Below are positions 54,814-64,000 of a DNA stretch of 64,000 nucleotides, in pieces. The stretch spans positions 298,840,001 through 298,904,000 of the forward strand of contig OZ024741.1 of assembly GCA_964016885.1 (NCBI GenBank), written 5' to 3'. A model generated the notes under the pieces. The model worked only from the letters and a program-made list of their open reading frames with translations, did not search any database and had not been told where the DNA came from. The number at the start of each line of letters is the position of its first letter. Position 1 is the first letter of the stretch. A program made the position numbers and the translations under genes. This DNA is from Eledone cirrhosa (Eukaryota).

Positions 54814-55109
54814 GGGGATTTCTTTCTTCGTTTCTGTGCCTTTCCTTTCTTCTATCCTACGCCATTTTGTTTGTGTGTGGGTTGCGTGCTCAGTTTGCGC
54901 ATGCGCCACATCCGGGTGTCTGTGTGTGTTTGTGTTCATTTTTCTATTTTTCTATTTATATTTGTTTGTTTATTTATTTATTTATTGTTGGTTGGTTGTT
55001 TGTTCTATGTGTGTGTGTGTTTTCATTTTGTCTTGTGTGTGTTTTCATTTTGTGTGTGTTTTCAATTGTAAGTTGTTTATATATGTGTGTGTGTGTTTTC
55101 ATTTTGTCC

Positions 55110-55775
55110 TTAATTGTAAGTTGTGATGTTGCTGTTCCACTCATATTTTCTATTTAATTTTGGTTTTAATTCTTTTATGCTTACTGCCTCTGTAATTTGC
55201 CTAAACATTGCGTCTTTCTTGTGTGTGGATTCTATTTTTATTTCTATGCTCTCTAATTTACCCCTGTGTTCTATCTTAGCATGTTGGTAGAGCACAGATG
55301 ATTCTTTACTATCTTGGAGGTCTCGCCAGTGTTCATTTATTCGTTCCCCTATACTACGAGCTGTCTCACCTATGTACACTATATTTTTGTTTCTACATTG
55401 TCCCTCAGTACATCTTATGCTATATACTACATTTCTAGTTTTACAGTTAATATGGGGGCTTATTTTACAGGTTATACATTTCTTATCTATACATGAGGGT
55501 CTTTGGAACGGGTATGTCTTGCTAATAAGTGTTTTTACGGAGGTACCAGGTCTTTCTACTATCTTAATATTGAGATTATGTTTCTTTAGGGCCCTTCTAA
55601 ATTTGTAGGCTAGTTCACCTCTAGGGGTTGTATTGATGAACATTACACTCTGGTATTTATTGCTATCATACCATGAGTTTATTCTATTGGCCTTGTTCTT
55701 AGAAAGAACTAAGAACAAGGCCAATAGAATAAACTCATGGTATGATAGCAATAAATACCAGAGTGTAATGTTCAT
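55110..55775 (-). CDS. Mirror copy of the GIY-YIG ORF
   Basis: Identical translation except for the 3 residues across the spacer. Confidence 0.75.
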   Translation of the reverse strand: MNITLWYLLLSYHEFILLALFLVLSKNKANRINSWYDSNKYQSVMFINTTPRGELAYKFRRALKKHNLNIKIVERPGTSVKTLISKTYPFQRPSCIDKKCITCKISPHINCKTRNVVYSIRCTEGQCRNKNIVYIGETARSIGERINEHWRDLQDSKESSVLYQHAKIEHRGKLESIEIKIESTHKKDAMFRQITEAVSIKELKPKLNRKYEWNSNITTYN

Positions 55776-56301
55776 CAATACAACCCCTAGAGGTGAACTA
55801 GCCTACAAATTTAGAAGGGCCCTAAAGAAACATAATCTCAATATTAAGATAGTAGAAAGACCTGGTACCTCCGTAAAAACACTTATTAGCAAGACATACC
55901 CGTTCCAAAGACCCTCATGTATAGATAAGAAATGTATAACCTGTAAAATAAGCCCCCATATTAACTGTAAAACTAGAAATGTAGTATATAGCATAAGATG
56001 TACTGAGGGACAATGTAGAAACAAAAATATAGTGTACATAGGTGAGACAGCTCGTAGTATAGGGGAACGAATAAATGAACACTGGCGAGACCTCCAAGAT
56101 AGTAAAGAATCATCTGTGCTCTACCAACATGCTAAGATAGAACACAGGGGTAAATTAGAGAGCATAGAAATAAAAATAGAATCCACACACAAGAAAGACG
56201 CAATGTTTAGGCAAATTACAGAGGCAGTAAGCATAAAAGAATTAAAACCAAAATTAAATAGAAAATATGAGTGGAACAGCAACATCACAACTTACAATTA
56301 A
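55636..56301 (+). CDS. GIY-YIG endonuclease domain of a Penelope-like element (5'-truncated, no RT; N-terminus supplied by the inverted arm)
   Basis: Cys-rich linker C.DKKC.TC....NC, then NVVYSIRC..C....YIGETARSIGERINEH, followed by H, RQITEA and LN motifs. Expression is not shown. Confidence 0.8.
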   Translation: MNITLWYLLLSYHEFILLALFLERTKNKANRINSWYDSNKYQSVMFINTTPRGELAYKFRRALKKHNLNIKIVERPGTSVKTLISKTYPFQRPSCIDKKCITCKISPHINCKTRNVVYSIRCTEGQCRNKNIVYIGETARSIGERINEHWRDLQDSKESSVLYQHAKIEHRGKLESIEIKIESTHKKDAMFRQITEAVSIKELKPKLNRKYEWNSNITTYN

Positions 56302-56597
56302 GGACAAAATGAAAACACACACACACATATATAAACAACTTACAATTGAAAACACACACAAAATGAAAACACACACAAGACAAAATGAAAACACACACAC
56401 ACATAGAACAAACAACCAACCAACAATAAATAAATAAATAAACAAACAAATATAAATAGAAAAATAGAAAAATGAACACAAACACACACAGACACCCGGA
56501 TGTGGCGCATGCGCAAACTGAGCACGCAACCCACACACAAACAAAATGGCGTAGGATAGAAGAAAGGAAAGGCACAGAAACGAAGAAAGAAATCCCC

Positions 56598-56642
56598 AGT
56601 CACTGAAGAGGTCACAGAGTGTGTGACGAAAGAACTATGACT
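56598..56642 (+). ncRNA. Minimal type I hammerhead in the Penelope pLTR
   Basis: AGUCA-CUGAAGA-G GUCACA GAGUG UGUGAC-GAAA-G AA C-UA-UGACU; cleavage triplet CUA. Confidence 0.8.
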
Positions 56643-56793
56643 ATATATATATAAACAACTATCTGGTTGTGGAACCAACCAACCAACCAGAAATTTATAA
56701 ATTTGTAAATTTATAAATATATATTAAATTAAATTGAAGTGAAAGCAACTGGTGCGTGTGTTTCTTATTGGCAACATGACCCTCCCAAAGTAT

Positions 56794-56842
<49 letters not shown>

Positions 56843-57090
56843 TTTTATTAAGGCTCAGTACTGAGTCTTGTTATTTATTATTCGGGAGTTTCGCCTGACT
56901 ATCATAGGGTCATCAGACTCTTCTTCGGTACTCTTTTCTCTCAGCCATCAACCACATACGGATACATACATACATACATACATATACGGTTGTCCTTCCT
57001 GTTCCTATAACCATGCAAATCCCGAGCTGAAGATCCGCTAAGGTGAAACAATTGTTCTCGGTATGGTGAACTAACTGTTGTTTAACCACT

Positions 57091-57124
<34 letters not shown>

Positions 57125-57702
57125 ATAAAAAAGAATTTCGCTCTACATGGCTGAAAACAATAAATGTAATCTGAGTTTTTCGAATATTAATAATAACATT
57201 CGATTCGTTTGCAAACAATTGCTTGTTTGCAAAATTGTAAACGAATCGAAGAAAAACTCAGATTACATTTATTGTATTCAGCCATGTAGAGCGAAATTTT
57301 CTTTTTTATTTGAATTTGGCAAAGCCGGCCATTTGTTGCTCGTATACAGGAAACTGACTGGCCAGTCTGCTGATATGCAAATCTGGCTGATCAGTGGATC
57401 TGCTAATATGCAGATCTGACTGATCAGCCAATCTGCTAATGTGCAAATCAGGCCAATCAGTCACTATATTTTTGAAAAGAGCATATATTTTCACTAGCTC
57501 TGACAGTTTGGCAGGTGAACAGTGAGCTGTACTGATGAAGGGTGATGCCCAGAAACATTAGTGTCTGTAGTTGTGTTCGCATGCCAACATAAGAGCAAGA
57601 ATGAAGCGTTCATTCTCCTGACATGACTATAAAATTGAGGCTTGTTTGCAAAATTGCAAACGAATCGAATGTTATTATTAATATTCGAAAAACTTAGATT
57701 AT
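57125..57702 (+). mobile_element. Non-coding Penelope-like pLTR element with a terminal direct repeat and an inverted 5' copy, in (TA)n
   Basis: 57222-57250 recurs at 57641-57669. 57125-57212 is inverted relative to 57235-57310 and 57654-57702. Contains a hammerhead and ~33-bp internal repeats. Confidence 0.75.
57525..57572 (+). ncRNA. Type I hammerhead ribozyme with a wobble-rich stem I
   Basis: AGCUGUA-CUGAUGA-A GGGU GAU GCCC A-GAAA-CA UUAG UG-UC-UGUAGUU; cleavage triplet GUC. Confidence 0.72.
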
Positions 57703-57751
57703 ATATATATATATATATACTGTATATATATATATACTGTATATATATATA

Positions 57752-58190
57752 TGAAAATTAGAATTGGTGCTCTGAAATAGCGATATATATATGAATGTTT
57801 ATATAGTGTGTTTTGCAATACACTGCATGCTTAATTAAAAGCATTTTGAAGACATTACGCTATTGTTTTAAAGTAGTGACTAGGTCACTTACTTCTTTTT
57901 TCAACAAACAAAGGGAGGGACCGGAAACCGCTCTGTATAATCAGTTCCTGATTATTACTGGAATTCTATAAGAATCCAACATTCATAATTTTCAACAAAC
58001 AAGGGGAGTGCTAAGCTCTGAGGAATACCAACAGTATGAAACAGAGATCTGTCAGCTTATCTCCTCTGTTTGTTGAAAAAAGAAGTAAGTGACATAGTCA
58101 CTACTTTAAAACAATAACTTAAGGTCTTGAAAATGCTGTTAATTAAGCATACAGTGTATTGCAAAATACACTATATATACATTCATATAT
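57752..58190 (+). mobile_element. Fold-back Penelope-like pLTR element in (TA)n
   Basis: Diverged inverted arms at ~57785-57916 and ~58060-58190, with a hammerhead between them. Confidence 0.75.
58012..58059 (+). ncRNA. Type I hammerhead ribozyme with intact canonical pairing
   Basis: UAAGCU-CUGAGGA-AUAC CAACA GUAU-GAAA-CAGA GA UCUG-UC-AGCUUA; all three stems are Watson-Crick and the triplet is GUC. Confidence 0.88.
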
Positions 58191-58204
58191 ATATATATTT
58201 ATTT

Positions 58205-58327
<123 letters not shown>

Positions 58328-58941
58328 ACTTATTTAAAATCACTATACAAGAGTTTATTAAGAAAAATAGCACTAGATTCTTAATTCACGAGATTCCCTA
58401 TCCCATACAGGTAAAAACATTGCTTTTCTGATGGTTTGTCTCATTGAAGGTGAATGATATATCTTACTTAAAATTGAAGGGTGTATGCTAGTATACCGCG
58501 ACATAACTAATAGCACTATACTTAAGAGTGAATCGTTTACAATCCTATATCATATATCACAAACGGAGAGTAGAGGAGCAATAGAGGCAACAGAGTGTTG
58601 GATTATTCATATAAATGTACTTAGTTACACGCCTTTCTGTTCTGTGTTCAAATATTGATGGTGTTGACTTTGGCCTACAATTATCCGTGTCGGTGTCAGT
58701 AATGTACTTCCTTCTTTGGGCCTCGAACGTGTATTGGGATTGTAGGTGTGTCATCGTATCACTTAAACATGACAGGGCCCATTACTCTTTAGGTCTGATT
58801 ACAATGGATTTCTTTAGGTGAGAACTAAAGCGGGGAGGTGAAAACTCGAGAACAAGAGAGAGAGAGGGAGAGTATGGTGTGTGTGTGAGAGAAAGAGTAT
58901 GTGTGTGTGTGAGAGAGAGAGATATGTGTGTGTGTGTGTGT

Positions 58942-58991
<50 letters not shown>

Positions 58992-60109
58992 AGAATAGAG
59001 CACTGTACTAAACTGACTATTTATTTATCGACCCCCATGAGATGTAAAACAAAGTTGACTTTGATGGAGTATTAACCGCGAGTGTAGAAAGCCAATGCGA
59101 CAAAGTATTCTACGTGGTGCTCTCAAAACTTTGCCAATTCACCACCTTAAGAATCCATTCAACTGCATATATCACTTCCCATCATATATTTGACGCTCTA
59201 AAATCTATATTAAATCATAAACAATATACAATTCTAAACTTTAACATTATGTCAATTAGTATACTAACGGCATCATATCGATATTCGTGCAATAATTTGT
59301 TGAGTTTTTCGAGCGAACATCTAGTAACGCAAGAAGCAATGATTCGTATCACCAAGTTGGCGCCGCGCAATGAAGATGACAAAGCTATTTAATTCTCAAT
59401 TCGCCTACTTATAAATCTGTACAACAAGAAGACAATTATAAGAAGAATAATTATGTATCACTGATAATTATTTATTTGGTTTGCTAGCATAGTTTGGCTC
59501 CAATTCTGACATGGCTACTGGAGAGAGAAAATAGAAAGCAGAATTATAATCAGCATCATTGTTATTCTTCTTTTCCAATAGTCCTATTTGATTGCATATT
59601 TTCACTGCGTAATCGAGCGTAGCGCTATGTGGCTTGATGGCATGCAGTATTTTGTATTGTATTAAAATTACCTTAACGCAATATGTGTTCAGTACCTAAG
59701 GGTGTTATTTTCAGTATGTCATTTTATGCGTAAGCCCTAATATTTTAGAAGTGTCATTATACTTTCGATGAACAACCTACCGTGGCCCTGTGGGCCTCTG
59801 GTATGAACTGAGTTTTTCTTTATTTCTCTATTATATTAAAAGTAATAGTATGTGTGCAGTGCATCGAAGTGCTATTTTCTGTGTTGATTACATGTATAAG
59901 ACTCACGAGTTTAAACATGTACTTATGCACAACCTGTTTTGATCATTCACAAGGCACCGATTATTATAGTTGATTGCTTCTATTTTCAATCCCCATGTTG
60001 ACTTTATCTGTATCTCCATATCTTAAGAACTGAATAATTCTATTGTTGTCAACATTATTTCTCACTAGTCTTATTTTTATTGCGTGCTTTCACTGTGTTA
60101 TAGAGAGTC

Positions 60110-60420
60110 GTTCTGTGGGCCTTGGGCCTGTGCATTTTGTTTTGTTTTGGTATTGTATTTACTATTGTATTGAAACTTCTCCACATAACAATGAGTGCAG
60201 TGCCTAAAAGTGCTATTTTCTGCATATTGTGCATATTTGAAAATGTTGAAGGTTTTGGTGGTTATGTCTATGTTTCTATGTTTTTCAATGACTCCAAAGG
60301 CATTTCATATAAGAGGGATTGTTTCTATTTTCAGTTCCCATTAATTAGTATTGATGTTTCTGTTTATGTGGATTGGCATGTTCCAGAATTCGGTCACTTT
60401 GTCATTTTCTGAGACCTTTA
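60110..60420 (-). mobile_element. Decayed R4/Dong-like 3' fragment
   Basis: Minus strand encodes NMQKIALLGTALIV, matching the QK..LLGTA C-terminal motif of the other copies. Confidence 0.55.
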
Positions 60421-60689
60421 TTTCAATTATTAGTTTTATTCTTATTCATATATGTTGAAGCAAATAGACGTCGGAAGTATACTTTTTGTAGATTGCTCGA
60501 ACAAAACTGTTTTGGGTAGTTCCATCTTTATTGACAGAAAGCTTGTAGATTGTTTGAGGGCCTAACCCATTACTTTAAATAGAAAGAAATGTTTGTTTTT
60601 AGACATTTTAAACTGGTAATATAATGTTAGTAAATAGTAATGTGTATTTTCATTTGTTGTTTCAAAATGATCGCAAAAATAGACTCCCT

Positions 60690-61445
60690 TTGGGTTAGCT
60701 CAAAGAAAGATAAAAGAAAAGATTGAAGCATATCACAAAAGACAGTGCTGTCTTGTCTTCAGAATTACTTCAGAAAGGAAGAAAGCTCCTATATGACGCC
60801 GAAAAATCATTTGAAAGAAGAGTTGATATGCGACAGAATGAGTACATCATCGACTGAGACAGGCTATAGGGAAGTGTGTACCTGGTCGTTAATATCGATA
60901 AGTAAGCAAGGGGATAGGTACGAGCTTCTGCATTACATACCTGCTCACAGGCTGGTGCCCTAGTATATGTTTCAAGATCATGAAAATCATAATAAGAAAT
61001 ATTGATACCGACACTGACCCTTGGCTACTCGCCCTCTTTGTGAAATAATACAGACATATAGTCAACGTACTGGTGACTCTCAACAACATGTGTTCTTGAT
61101 GGTCTCCGATGATCACAAGGCAATTTCCGAAATGCGCCACATCGATGAAGTGGAGAATAGGTCAACCAAATTGGTGGTGAAAGGGTAAAAGGCACAGTTG
61201 CTACACGAGTTGTAGTAAAGGCCACATGAGAGAGACTTCAGTTTAGAAGAGAAAAAGCAGAATATAAAAAAGAGAGCAGTAGATGGTAGCAGCAACAACA
61301 GCAATATGCACCAGAGTTTCCAGAACACGACATCACCCCATTCCAAAGCGTCCGATGACAAAGTAGGATACTTGAGAAGCCGTGGTGTCTCCACTTCCAG
61401 CACATAACTAGCTAGAAGATACGAGGAGCAATATCCACTCTCGTC
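60690..61445 (+). mobile_element. Possible decayed Tx1-like ORF1 remnant
   Basis: LVP*YM and VVKG/KRHSCYTSCSKGHMRE resemble the LVPSYCG and VEGKRPKCFRCGSKTHLRA motifs of the intact ORF1s. Confidence 0.45.
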
Positions 61446-61448
61446 TTG

Positions 61449-62177
<729 letters not shown>

Positions 62178-62223
62178 TATATATATATAATATATATATA
62201 TATAATATATATATATATATAAT

Positions 62224-62276
<53 letters not shown>

Positions 62277-62779
62277 ATATATATATATGCACGCACATAA
62301 GTAAATCCTCATCTACTAATGTACACACTGTCGTATAGCCTGCTCTGTATTGTAATTGCGTGTTCTTGTGTTACTCCTTACTACCGCTATCCCCTAAACT
62401 CTCACCAATACAGCTCAGCAAAGAATATTCCTGAAAGCAAAAAGATTAATAATGGTGACAAAAACAACACTACTAATGAAAACATCATGAGCAACAACAA
62501 CAACCACAACAACAACATGAACAGTACTAATGCACTAATGACTACAGTATGAACTCAACGAAAGGAAACACAATAACTTGAACGAAGGAACCACGGGCAT
62601 TTTGAGTAGTAGCGATGAAAACAATAACTAAACAATATTGACGACAGGAGCAATAATTATAATATCGACGATAACAGAATCAACAACAACATCCAAAGCA
62701 ACAACAACAACATTATAAACACCTGAGAAACAGCAACAACTACAACAGTAGTGAAACCATCACCACCAATTTAACAGAA

Positions 62780-62965
62780 AATAATTGTTTCTACTTTTGG
62801 CACAAGGCCAGAAATTAGCCAGTACATTACTGGTACTTTATCTTATCGACCCCGTAAGGATGAAAGGCAAAGTTAACCTCGGCGGGATTTGAACTCAGAT
62901 CGTAAAGGACCGTAACTCTATGCTGCAAAGCATGGCGTCCGACCCTCCACCGATACTGCCAATCT
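62780..62965 (-). mobile_element. tRNA-derived SINE, same family as 37024
   Basis: Reverse complement of the SINE head, B-box, central domain and agaaacaattatt tail. Confidence 0.82.
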
Positions 62966-63084
62966 TCAACAGAAAATAATGACACCGATATTTCAACAGA
63001 AAATAATGACACCAACAACAGTGATCACGGAAATATCAAAAGATATATACTAATCTACAGCAGTAAATATAGCAAACTGTTTTA

Positions 63085-64000
63085 AAATGTCCCTACTCAA
63101 GAAGGATTCATGCCTGGCGCAGGCGGCCAAATTGGGCAAACTGGAGAAGAGAAGAACGTAATTAGCTATTCTACTAGCGTTGGTGGAAATGGTAAGAAAA
63201 ACCACAATGTATCATTGTATCGTTAAAACCCCGGCACTCAGAAGCTGTAACACAGACCCAAATTGAGAGTGCCTTAACAGAAATAAGGCTCGAGGTTGAA
63301 ATTGTCGCATGGGCAAGGCAGTATGGTGAACCTTTTCGGCGGCCAGGCTTTGGTGTTAAAAAATTCTGTGGATCCTAGCAACGATTATGGTTTTTTCCGA
63401 CCTATTTAGGATGAATTTGGATATCTAGCGGATCTTGACCTGCGTTGTCCAGTAGGATAGCTTTACCTTCTTGGTTGTAAAAGATCGCGACAAGAAAACT
63501 GTTCTGGGATCACTTTGGAGAACCTGCTTTAGATCAAACTAGAAAATCTATATACGATTCCATATTATATTCACCTACCGAATGAGGGGGGATGGGTCAC
63601 GCAGCTGAGGGCAGAACATACGGTGTCATTTGTATGATTATGTCAATCTCCTAAGTGTTTTCTACTCCCACCAAAAAACAGGGGACGACATTCCAACTAC
63701 TGCAGACACTAGGGATCCAACAAAACAACACCAAGGTGGAACCACAATAGTAACAGCACCAGTGGAAACAGGGACACAGGAAACAGTAGAGTGACAGCAG
63801 AGTGGCCGCAATACCTACAACTGCAGCAGTAACAGTACCACCAACAACATTAGTAGCAACCGCAGCAACACCAACAAGAAAAACAACAGAAGAAAGAAAC
63901 CAACAACAAAACCACTCAGGGGAACCCCCTCTCTCTCCTTCCTTTAAATACAGTCATTAACACACTCACACACACATACACAAATACACATAAACACACA
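63085..64000 (+). mobile_element. Decayed Tx1-like ORF1 remnant
   Basis: EAVTQTQIESALTEI...ARQYG, FFPTYLG and AEGR..RCHL correspond to motifs of the two intact ORF1s; a Thr/Gln-rich tract follows. Confidence 0.55.

Larger units (their letters stand above)
54554..56801. mobile_element. Penelope-like element as a 2.2-kb palindrome (arms 54610-55702 and 55709-56801, 6-bp spacer) with a ~56-bp tail, in (TA)n
   Basis: Mirror-image ORFs have symmetric coordinates summing to 111411. Each arm carries a GIY-YIG ORF followed by a pLTR with a hammerhead. Confidence 0.92.

Noticed and set aside
58400-58830. Possible host exon or LTR-element gag remnant (CLYC motif)
   Set aside because: Short, interrupted by stops, with no clear splice signals or recognisable domain.

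Overview
AT-rich, microsatellite-dense eukaryotic DNA with no recognisable host gene. The SINE and LINE complement suggests a mollusc, probably a cephalopod (inference). Nearly all informative sequence is retroelement-derived: two near full-length Tx1/L1-like LINEs flanked by (TATC)n and (ATT)n respectively, a ~22 kb nest (27-49 kb) of minus-strand R4/Dong-like LINEs interleaved with plus-strand Tx1-like pieces and tRNA-derived SINEs, old RTE fragments, and several Penelope-like fold-back elements inserted in (TA)n. The main finding is a non-coding tandem array of seven ~474-bp units (7952-11322), each carrying a minimal type I hammerhead ribozyme on the minus strand, i.e. a retrozyme-like element. 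Several further distinct hammerhead motifs lie in fold-back elements at 54.6-62.1 kb, one of them next to a GIY-YIG endonuclease ORF. Most short ORFs in the track are microsatellite or antisense artefacts.
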